Shown one piece after another: positions 29,880 through 37,573 of a stretch of DNA of 64,000 nt. Location: contig JAJYDS010000001.1 in NCBI GenBank assembly GCA_021777215.1, positions 41,622 through 105,621 on the forward strand. The letters run 5' to 3'. Positions within the stretch are counted from its first letter, which is position 1. Each line of letters opens with the position of its first letter. The notes below the pieces were generated by a model, which saw only the letters and a program-made list of their open reading frames with translations, was not told the DNA's origin and made no database searches. The position numbers and the translations under genes are program-made. The DNA is from a bacterium (GTDB taxonomy: Bacteria; Babelota; Babeliae; Babelales; Vermiphilaceae).

Positions 29880-31154
29880 TTATGGCAGTTGATCGTACAA
29901 AGGTTTTTGTATATTTTCCAATTCCAGGATCACTTGATGTACAACGCTGTCCCAGTCAAATGGTTGTGGCTGTTTAAAGATGCGCATGGTTGGATACCAA
30001 GGAGAATCTGTGCGATGTGCAATCCAACGCCAATCTGTTGCATAGGGAAGAATCAACCAGACGGGTTTTCCCAGTGCTCCTGCCAAATGTGCCAATGCTG
30101 AATCGATAGTGATTATAAGGTCAAGTTGGGTGATAACGGCCGCACTATCCATAAAGCTGCCGTTTTTTTCATCAAAGTCAGTGTCAAAACAGGTAAGCTC
30201 AAAATAGGCGGGAATATTTTTGAGTTGCTCAAGACCTTCTTTTTTTTGCAGACTATAAAAACTGATACCCTCGATGAGTCCCAATGGGTACAATTGAGCC
30301 AACGGAATACCTCGATGAGCGACAGGAAGTCGTGATGAATCATTAAAGACATCTGCTTGCCAGCATATGCCCACTTTGAAGTTTTTATCATGCGAGAGCT
30401 TTCGTTGCCACGAATCTACGAGTGCAGGGTCCGGGAAAATATAGGGAATGGTGTGGGGAATTGTTTGCTCCGTTGAATTAAAAACAGCGGGTAAGCTCAT
30501 ATAGCTTGCTTTTGCTTGATAGTTGGTAATAAGCTTGGGATCGTCAATGAGGGTGTCGATATAGGGGCAGCGCGAAAGAAGTTGCACTAGGGGTTTTTGT
30601 ATCAAGCACGTGACGTGCGCACCTTGATCATGCATTAGTTGAGCGTAGCGAATAAAATGGAGAGTGTCGCCTAATCCACCTTCCGGGATGAGCAGAATTT
30701 TTTTTCCACTCAGGTCGTTCTGTTGAGCAAGATACCAAAAATTTTCCGAAGCTTTATGTTCGGTACGAATATGATGTTGATGTATTTTCCAGCCATTTTC
30801 AAAGTCACCTTTAAATAAATAGGCATGTCCCAGCGCAAAGCGCGCTGCCTCATAGGTGGGGTCGAGTTGGAGCACCTTTTGGTACAGTGCTATTGCTTCA
30901 TCAACGCGGCCGGCCATCTTGAGTACATACCCACTATTGTATATTGATTGTACTTGTTGCGGGTATAATTGGGTAATTTGAGTATACGCGGCAAGTGCTT
31001 GTTCGACTTGTCCCAGCCGCGTTGCCTCGATGCCTTTGCTAAATAATGTTTGAATATCAGTTGATTTTACCGGCGTTTCATCTGTCGGATTCAAAAAAAA
31101 GATAGAGAATGAGCCCGTTAAAAAAAGAGCGCGAAAAAAGGTGGTTGTTCGCAT
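29880..31154 (-). CDS. exported TPR + GT9-like glycosyltransferase, 1 module
   Basis: 424 aa. N-terminus MRTTTFFRALFLTGSFSIFFL. TPRs. LLIPEGGLGDTLHFIRYAQLMHDQGAHVTC..RCPYIDTLI. FMDSAAVITQLDLIITIDSALAHLAGALGKPVWLILP..DWRW..PWYPTMRIFKQPQPFDW. Confidence 0.8.
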   Translation of the reverse strand: MRTTTFFRALFLTGSFSIFFLNPTDETPVKSTDIQTLFSKGIEATRLGQVEQALAAYTQITQLYPQQVQSIYNSGYVLKMAGRVDEAIALYQKVLQLDPTYEAARFALGHAYLFKGDFENGWKIHQHHIRTEHKASENFWYLAQQNDLSGKKILLIPEGGLGDTLHFIRYAQLMHDQGAHVTCLIQKPLVQLLSRCPYIDTLIDDPKLITNYQAKASYMSLPAVFNSTEQTIPHTIPYIFPDPALVDSWQRKLSHDKNFKVGICWQADVFNDSSRLPVAHRGIPLAQLYPLGLIEGISFYSLQKKEGLEQLKNIPAYFELTCFDTDFDEKNGSFMDSAAVITQLDLIITIDSALAHLAGALGKPVWLILPYATDWRWIAHRTDSPWYPTMRIFKQPQPFDWDSVVHQVILELENIQKPLYDQLP

Positions 31155-31181
31155 AGAAAACCCTCACAAGGTTGTTGTTTT

Positions 31182-33620
31182 TTAACTATGCGTGAGAGGT
31201 GAAATTCCTAAATCGGCAATTTTTTTCTTTAAATATTTTTTTAGTTCTTGGAGAGAAGAGCTTTTTTTATTTAAAAGAAAACTTTGTTTGTTAGCCAGGA
31301 GTAACTGATCCTTGAGAGCGTCAAGCGAAGGAGCTTCTTTTTGATAGGTAGCATAGCGTTTTTGGAGCTGTTCATACTCGGTATTTTCTTGGGATGATAG
31401 AGCGCCATTTTCAGCTTGTACGGAAAGCATAGTCAATTTATCAACAAATTCTGCGATCGGATCACAGTACTGAAATACTGCCGGGTCGTTAGTAACTGTT
31501 TGGGCTACTGCTATGTTTGTTGGACATGTCGTTTTGATGGTGCGAGTTTGTTCAGGTGTTCTGTTTTTCGGAGCAGTAGGAGCTGCGTGCACATCAAAAG
31601 GGGTTGGTATAAACGGTTTAAGCGTTAGGCGTGTTTTTACTGGTTCTTGCGCAAGAGCTGACTGTTGCGTAGCAAGAGCAATTGTTGCGCAGGAGGCGAC
31701 AAGCTCTTTTGTTGCTATTTTTGCAGAACTATTTTCGCGTGTAACCGTTTCAACGCAAACTTGTTGTGTATTTCGTTGCGTTACTAATTTTTCTAATTCG
31801 CAGGCGACTTCTTGAATAACCGAATCCCAATCACCAGGAGTCGGCTGTCTGAACAGGCGCATATTTTTAGGAAACCATGGCGTATCAAGACGTTTGAGCA
31901 TCCAGCGCCAATCAGCGGGTTCTGGCAGGAGGCACCATACAGGAATTCCCAAGCCGCCGGCAATGTGCGCCATAGAGGTATCGATAGTGATCATAAGATC
32001 GATATTTTTCATAATAGCTGCCGTATCCATAAACGGACCGTTTTCTTCGTCAAGTCCTGGGATGGTGCGAATGATAAGTTTGTCGCCCAATTCTTCAAGC
32101 TGATCCGTGCCGGATATTTTTTGCAAGCTATACAGAGAAATTCCTTTTACTTTACCAAGGGGAAGCAATGTTTTGACATGCATAGATTTGCCCGCGACAG
32201 CTTGACGTAAAAATTGGTTACGGTAAAGAGGGTTGCCTTGCCAACAAAGACCAATTTTGAAGTTTTTGTCTTCAGCCAGTTTATTTTGCCAGGATTCGAC
32301 TAAATCAGGTCGTGCAAAAAGATAAGGAATTTCTGTTGGTATCGTAGTAACTTCTGTTTTATAAGCCAGAGGAAGACTCATGAGCGCGATATGGGCATCA
32401 AAATGAGGCTTTGTTTCTTGTGGAGTAAAGACGGCGTCAAGGTAGGGACAGAGAGAAAGTAATTTTTTAAGAGGTTTTTGTACTTCTGCTATAACGTGCC
32501 CGCCTTGGTCTTTTATGCATTTGGCGTAGCGGATGAATTGGAAGGTATCTCCCAGTCCTTGTTCGGCATATACTAAAATTGTTTTACCTTCTGGGTTTGA
32601 GCCATCCCATACCGGTTGCGGATATTTTTTAGGGGATTCATTATATGCTTGCCAACGCCATTCATATTCGGGCCATCCGCGAGCGAAGTCGCCAAGGCTT
32701 AAATAGGCCAGCGAGCGACTGAAGCGTGCTTGCGGATATTCGGGGCTCATTGTTAAAACTTTGTCATAGACCTCGATTGATTCTTGCACATAACCCATTT
32801 TTTTGAGCGTGTAGCCAAAGTTATAGAGAACCTCATGCGTGTTTGGTCGAATTTCAAGAATTTTTTTATAACATTCAAGGGCCTCTGGCCAGCGGTTTAT
32901 CATGTTGTAGGTATTGCCTAATTCCAAAAGACAGGAGAGGTTTTGTGGATTTTGTTCGCAGGCGCTGCGGTAATAATTAATTGCCTCTTCAAAGCGGTTC
33001 TGGTCTTTCAGTAGCCCAGCGGCAGCATTTAAAAGATCGAGTGAGTGAGTTGTGGTCTGTAAACCTCGTTCAAAAAAGGAGAGTGCTTCTTCTTGTTTTT
33101 TTTGATTTTTAAGTAAATTGCCCACGCGAAGATAGGCATTTGTGTAGGCAGGGTTGAGGCGTATTGCTTCTTTAAAATGGCTTATTGCCTCATCTTTTTG
33201 ATCTTTTTTTTCAAGGCATATGCCCAAATTATAGTGGAGTGACGGGGAATCGGTTTTTAAGTTCAGTGATTTTTTGTATTGTTCGATAGCCTGCTCAATA
33301 TTATTTTGGTTATACAGGAAATTGGCGTAGGAGAAAGAGGTGTCTAAATCGTCAGGAAGAAATTCAAGGGCTTTTTTATAAAATTGCACTGCTTTTGGTG
33401 CATTGTTTTCTTTTTCATAATCGCGGGCGAGTTGCAGGTATTCGGTGCCGATATTTTTTTTAAGAGTGTCACGCGTTGCGTTGTTTTCTGGCTGTGTGCT
33501 GTGCGGGGGGAGTGCTACTTGATCAGGGGTTACGAATACTTGTGCTGCGTTGCCGTAGATGCTGCATAAAAGAGGAACTATCAAAAGAGTGCGTATGGTA
33601 GGGTTTATTTGAAGCTTCAT
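31182..33620 (-). CDS. exported TPR-rich + GT9-like glycosyltransferase with a ~210-aa C-terminal extension (degenerate DUF6165-like end)
   Basis: 812 aa. N-terminus MKLQINPTIRTLLIVPLLCSIYGNA. About 8 TPRs. LVYAEQGLGDTFQFIRYAKCIKDQGGHVIA..LCPYLDAVF. FMDTAAIMKNIDLMITIDTSMAHIAGGLGIPVWCLLP..DWRW..PWFPKNMRLFRQPTPGDW. A Thr/Ala/Pro-rich linker follows, then AEFVDKLTMLSVQ..LKDQLLLANKQ, which resembles the start of the 24280-25290 repeats. Confidence 0.8.
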   Translation of the reverse strand: MKLQINPTIRTLLIVPLLCSIYGNAAQVFVTPDQVALPPHSTQPENNATRDTLKKNIGTEYLQLARDYEKENNAPKAVQFYKKALEFLPDDLDTSFSYANFLYNQNNIEQAIEQYKKSLNLKTDSPSLHYNLGICLEKKDQKDEAISHFKEAIRLNPAYTNAYLRVGNLLKNQKKQEEALSFFERGLQTTTHSLDLLNAAAGLLKDQNRFEEAINYYRSACEQNPQNLSCLLELGNTYNMINRWPEALECYKKILEIRPNTHEVLYNFGYTLKKMGYVQESIEVYDKVLTMSPEYPQARFSRSLAYLSLGDFARGWPEYEWRWQAYNESPKKYPQPVWDGSNPEGKTILVYAEQGLGDTFQFIRYAKCIKDQGGHVIAEVQKPLKKLLSLCPYLDAVFTPQETKPHFDAHIALMSLPLAYKTEVTTIPTEIPYLFARPDLVESWQNKLAEDKNFKIGLCWQGNPLYRNQFLRQAVAGKSMHVKTLLPLGKVKGISLYSLQKISGTDQLEELGDKLIIRTIPGLDEENGPFMDTAAIMKNIDLMITIDTSMAHIAGGLGIPVWCLLPEPADWRWMLKRLDTPWFPKNMRLFRQPTPGDWDSVIQEVACELEKLVTQRNTQQVCVETVTRENSSAKIATKELVASCATIALATQQSALAQEPVKTRLTLKPFIPTPFDVHAAPTAPKNRTPEQTRTIKTTCPTNIAVAQTVTNDPAVFQYCDPIAEFVDKLTMLSVQAENGALSSQENTEYEQLQKRYATYQKEAPSLDALKDQLLLANKQSFLLNKKSSSLQELKKYLKKKIADLGISPLTHS

Positions 33621-33671
33621 AGAGATCCTTTTTGTTACGCTGGTTTTGCCAGAACGGTATGAGCTTCTCTT

Positions 33672-33700
33672 TTGATACTAAAAAAAAATATAAAAGTAAA
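33672..33700 (-). promoter_or_regulatory. candidate sigma70-type promoter at the head of the array (TTTACT-N17-TATCAA)
   Basis: Read on the minus strand: TTTACT (33700-33695), a 17-nt spacer ending in a T9 tract plus AG, then TATCAA (33677-33672). It lies about 52 nt upstream of the ATG at 33620. The geometry matches 25384-25412. Confidence 0.35.
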
Positions 33701-33829
33701 ACGAAAAATAGTTTTCTGACGGTATTCTGAAAAGTAGGGATGAGCGCGGCATGGCGGAGCGGCAGCTTTTTTAGAAGCTTATTTTTTGTCTGCTTAGATA
33801 TTTGATATCATCTAACAAACGTTAGGTTT

Positions 33830-34474
33830 CTAGTAAAGATCAACAGCATGCAAGAGTGACTCACTAGGGATATTGGGAGTGCTTGATGCAATTGCGGTAA
33901 GCTTTGTACAAGCGGATGCGCAGTAGGGCGCACAACTGTCGCGGACTATGGTGCCGGCTCCTTGTGAAAGAAGGCATAGTGCGCTGTAGGCGCGAAATGT
34001 TTTAATGTTTGCAGGTGTTTTTATAGATAATCGTCGTGCTATTTCCACAAACATGAGATTATACAGGCCATAGCCAACATCAACCGCAATTTTGTAGCCG
34101 GATATTTTTTGTTTAGGCGTGCTAGTTGAGCTCGGTTTTAGATTTTTAGTCACGCTGCCCATTGTTTGTGCTGTCAGAGCACCTAGAAAATACGTACGCA
34201 TCAATCCTATTTGTGCGGGTGTTTTATGGGGCAGGAGGAGCCCTGCGCCGGTTGCCGCCAAGGAAGCGACCCCAAAGATAGTATTGCCTACCGTGTTGGA
34301 GCTATAGGTAAGATTTCTTGGGTTAATGGATCCATTGTTTTCCGCGGCGTTTAGCTGTGCGGGTTGTTGCATGGCAAGGCTTACTGTTGCTTGGCTAAAG
34401 GCTAAAAAAGCAGCGATATTCGCAAGCAAAATCCGGACAGGTGAGTGATTGGCTTTGGCTAATGAAATAATCAT
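33830..34474 (-). CDS. hypothetical hydrophobic or exported protein with an internal duplication
   Basis: 214 aa. N-terminal hydrophobic stretch (ILLANIAAFLAFSQATVSLA). Two related segments: KTPAQIGLMRTYFLGALTAQTMGSV and KTPANIKTFRAYSALCLLSQGAGTI. No recognisable family. Confidence 0.5.
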   Translation of the reverse strand: MIISLAKANHSPVRILLANIAAFLAFSQATVSLAMQQPAQLNAAENNGSINPRNLTYSSNTVGNTIFGVASLAATGAGLLLPHKTPAQIGLMRTYFLGALTAQTMGSVTKNLKPSSTSTPKQKISGYKIAVDVGYGLYNLMFVEIARRLSIKTPANIKTFRAYSALCLLSQGAGTIVRDSCAPYCASACTKLTAIASSTPNIPSESLLHAVDLY

Positions 34475-34677
34475 AAAAACCCCCCCCTAAAAACAGTATA
34501 AATAAGCCATTTTTTTAGTATATAGTAATCTGAAGCTGCTGGCAAAAGGGGCTTTTGCCGATTGAAAGTGGGATAGTGGGGGTTGTTTTGGGATATGATA
34601 GGGAGATTCGCTTTGCCAGCAGGAGCTTTTTATGAGACACTAAATAGCAGTATAAGGCTGTTTTAAGGGGATTTTCT

Positions 34678-35508
34678 ATGAAAAAAATAGTGGTGTTATT
34701 TTTTTTATTTTTTGCTGTATGGGCAGTGCCATCTTTTGGGATAACGCGGCAAGAAAAAGATGCGCTAGCGAATGAATTTTTAGCAAATTTTATGCTGGAG
34801 GGAGAATCTGTTGGTCAAGTGTCGCCGATGGATTGTTCTGTAGTGGCGCTTTTGGTTTTGAGTGATGTTTTGCTTGCACGTATAAAAAGTGGTAACCCGA
34901 GACAGAATGATTTAGTGGATCGTTGTCTTTCTCACTGTGATCCACTCGTTTTACAGCGCATTGTGTGGCTGGAGGCCCATCCGCAAGAATTGAGAAAATT
35001 ATGGCAAGAATTGTGGTCAGCTGCGCCTAAAGTAGTGCAAAAACAGTTGTTACAAGAGCAAGGCAAGGTTAGAGCTGCTTTAAACTCATTAGCGGATGCG
35101 CGTAATGAACTGGATCTGCTTGTTGTGTTGGCAAAAGAATGGGAAGAAGCAGATGAATCATCAGAATTATTGGAGACAGAGCGATTTGCGCCTTTGCGTG
35201 CCTTAGTCAACATGGCAGATGAAGCTGAGGCCTCTACTGAAGATTTCGATTTGGCAGAAGCTGCGGAGGAAGGGGATAAGAGGGTGATACATGTCTGTGA
35301 TATAATCAAAAAGTATTATGCCCTGAATCCATTAATCGTATACGAAAAATTTAAGAATCAATTAGTTGTTGATGCGGATGAGGCTTTACAACTGCTGCCG
35401 CAACTTATTGTTCAGGGCGGTGTGATAGCGCTTGCTCTTGCGAGCACTGCCAGCATCAAAGAATGTGCGCAAATATTCAAGACTCGCTGTGCAACGGATG
35501 CTCAATAA
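34678..35508 (+). CDS. hypothetical secreted acidic helical protein
   Basis: 276 aa. Clear signal-like N-terminus MKKIVVLFFLFFAVWAVPSFG. Acidic stretches (EEADESSELLETE, DEAEASTEDFDLAEAAEEGD). No recognisable family. Confidence 0.55.
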   Translation: MKKIVVLFFLFFAVWAVPSFGITRQEKDALANEFLANFMLEGESVGQVSPMDCSVVALLVLSDVLLARIKSGNPRQNDLVDRCLSHCDPLVLQRIVWLEAHPQELRKLWQELWSAAPKVVQKQLLQEQGKVRAALNSLADARNELDLLVVLAKEWEEADESSELLETERFAPLRALVNMADEAEASTEDFDLAEAAEEGDKRVIHVCDIIKKYYALNPLIVYEKFKNQLVVDADEALQLLPQLIVQGGVIALALASTASIKECAQIFKTRCATDAQ

Positions 35509-35617
35509 TTTTTTTGTTTGAGGCTTTGTAGCTGAGATCTGTCGGTAACTCTAGCGCCAAGGAATGTTACTCGTATCATAAAACCCGGCATCTGTATTTT
35601 TTGCGGTAAAAAAGAGA

Positions 35618-35644
35618 AGGCTAACATCATTTTGGTGTTAGCCT
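35618..35644. terminator. bidirectional intrinsic terminator between convergent genes
   Basis: AGGCTAACA (35618-35626) is the exact reverse complement of TGTTAGCCT (35636-35644), with a 9-nt loop. An A-rich run lies upstream (AAAAAGAGA) and a T-rich run downstream (CTTATTATTTAT). Confidence 0.6.
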
Positions 35645-35677
35645 CTTATTATTTATAGAGTAAATAGTACTTATCGT

Positions 35678-36859
35678 TCAGCTGAGTGCGTCTTCTGCAT
35701 TGAGCTCGGTCGGTAGGACCTGAGGCATCTCGAGAGATTCGCGTTTTGCTGGCTTCCAGGAGTCAAGAAAGTCTACCAGTGGTTTAATGCCTTCTTTTGA
35801 CTGGGAGTTGACGATGACTTGTGGTTGGTAGCGTGCTATGGCATCATGCATGAGTGCTAATGCCGGTTCTGTGATTCTATCTGCCTTGTTAAACACGTAA
35901 ACCATCTCTTTTGTTACATCCAAGTCCTTCAAAATAGAGGCGACTACATTCAAGTGTATTTCCCAGTTTGCATCAGACATATCGACAACTTGGACCAATA
36001 AATCGGCATATTGCAATTCCGAGAGTGTTGACTTGAATGCATCAATGAGTTGATGGGGCAGTTCTTGAATAAAGCCGACCGTGTCAGAGATGATGCCTTT
36101 TTTTTGACTATGTACATAGAGTTCGCGCGTGGTTGTATCGAGCGTTGCAAAGAGTTTATCCTCGGCTAGTACGTTGCTATGGGTGAGTAAGTTTAAGATG
36201 GTTGACTTGCCCGCGTTAGTGTATCCAATCAAGCAGATGTGTGGAATTTGTGCTGTTAACCGGCGTTTGCGCTGTGTCTCTCTGTTTTTTTGGAGCAGCG
36301 CTAGTTGTTTTTTAAGCTTTACAATTTCAAGGTCAAGGGCTCGTTTTTCACGTTCCTTTGCCGTTTCACCCGGTCCACCGATCAGACCGACAGATCCTTC
36401 TTGTTGACTGAGATGAATGCCGCGGCCGGCCATATGTGCTTTGGCGTATTGCAGTTGAGCGATTGCTACCTGCATTTTACCTTCGCCTGAATGGGCAGCT
36501 TGTTCGAAGATATCTAAAATTAATTTTGTACGATCAGTTATAGCGCATTCAAGATAGGTTTTTAAGTTGCGCAGTTGTTGCGGTGAGAGAATTTCAGAGA
36601 TGATAACGTGTTCAATTGCCTGGTCCTGGCATACTTTTGCTATTTCCTCAAGTTTGCCTCTGGTTACAAAATAGGCAGCATCTGTTTCGCGCAGACGCAT
36701 AGTAAGAGTAGCATCGGCAGTAATGCCCCGTGTCTTGACCAGGTTTTCAAATTCTTGATAATAACTTAGGATATCCTTGGTGCGATTGGACGGGGAATGG
36801 ATCCCAATGATAAGTGTTTTTACGTGTCTGGAGGTTTGATAAAATGGTTCTCTAGGCAT
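35678..36859 (-). CDS. hflX: GTPase HflX
   Basis: 393 aa. HflX N-terminal domain followed by a G domain: GYTNAGKSTILNLLT (G1), LFATLDTTTR, DTVGFI (G3), NKAD (G4). Confidence 0.9.
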   Translation of the reverse strand: MPREPFYQTSRHVKTLIIGIHSPSNRTKDILSYYQEFENLVKTRGITADATLTMRLRETDAAYFVTRGKLEEIAKVCQDQAIEHVIISEILSPQQLRNLKTYLECAITDRTKLILDIFEQAAHSGEGKMQVAIAQLQYAKAHMAGRGIHLSQQEGSVGLIGGPGETAKEREKRALDLEIVKLKKQLALLQKNRETQRKRRLTAQIPHICLIGYTNAGKSTILNLLTHSNVLAEDKLFATLDTTTRELYVHSQKKGIISDTVGFIQELPHQLIDAFKSTLSELQYADLLVQVVDMSDANWEIHLNVVASILKDLDVTKEMVYVFNKADRITEPALALMHDAIARYQPQVIVNSQSKEGIKPLVDFLDSWKPAKRESLEMPQVLPTELNAEDALS

Positions 36860-37013
36860 CGTTTTAGTCTCGCTCTCTATAATGTTTTTATTTTTATCGT
36901 TTTTTACGTATTTTTATACTTTTTTGTTGATAGAATTATTCTAATAGAAAAGATTTATTCTGTCAACGGCATACAGGGGGCCTTGAGCGTACCAGTCAGA
37001 TTGTTATATGTTT

Positions 37014-37544
37014 TTAGCGGTGTTTATTGCTATAAAATTGACTGAGTACGATAGGCAGGTCGCTTTTTGCTTTTTCTCCCTGTGCTATTTTTTCTAAAAG
37101 TTCTTCTGGGTAGAGCCATGAATATTCACTAAAATCATTTCTATTATAGGTAGGTGTTTGGTTATAAGAAATTTGGTAACAATAGTTGAATGCGAATGCA
37201 CCATGTGTGTGGGGAGTAATGAGCCCTAATTTTTTCCAACTAATGTGTGTTGATGTTAGATTGAGTTCTTCCTCTAATTCTCTTATAAATGCTTGATCAT
37301 ATGTTTCTCCGCTGCTTACGTGTCCGCTGACGCTAAAATCTAAATGTAAAGGACAGCTTTTTTTGTGTGCTGTTCGGCGAGGAATCCAAAGTTGACCCTG
37401 CTTATTGATTAAAAGGGCGTTTACCACCCGAAAATTGTGCAAGCCCGCTGCATATACTTGGGAGCGTTCAAGATGTCCGATTATTTGATCGTTTTCGTTG
37501 ACCAGGTCTAGGATTTCTTCAGGCTCGTTGTTTAGATGAGTCAT
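37014..37544 (-). CDS. NUDIX hydrolase (paralog 1)
   Basis: Nudix box GHVSSGETYDQAFIRELEEELNL (G-x5-E-x7-REUxEE). I prefer the Met at 37544 (MTHLNNEPEE), which has AAGAGGAG about 13 nt upstream and avoids overlap with the upstream paralog. Confidence 0.8.
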   Translation of the reverse strand: MTHLNNEPEEILDLVNENDQIIGHLERSQVYAAGLHNFRVVNALLINKQGQLWIPRRTAHKKSCPLHLDFSVSGHVSSGETYDQAFIRELEEELNLTSTHISWKKLGLITPHTHGAFAFNYCYQISYNQTPTYNRNDFSEYSWLYPEELLEKIAQGEKAKSDLPIVLSQFYSNKHR

Positions 37545-37573
37545 GGGTATTTCTCTGCTCCTCTTGTTTTGAT

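Noticed and set aside
13469-33620. Regularly recurring conserved ~50-nt blocks; considered a CRISPR or other non-coding repeat array, or IS copies
   Set aside because: The period is 1.1-1.8 kb rather than 60-80 nt. The blocks are in frame inside long ORFs and encode the conserved WYP.MRLFRQ motif. There are no transposase or integrase genes, inverted terminal repeats or cas genes.
13469-33620. Calling the array proteins O-GlcNAc transferases (GT41/SPINDLY-like) because of the TPR + GT-B architecture
   Set aside because: The catalytic halves match the GT9 heptosyltransferase pattern (GD loop after the first strand; D(T/S)SxAHLAGALGxP) rather than GT41 motifs as I recall them. I therefore keep only the architectural analogy.
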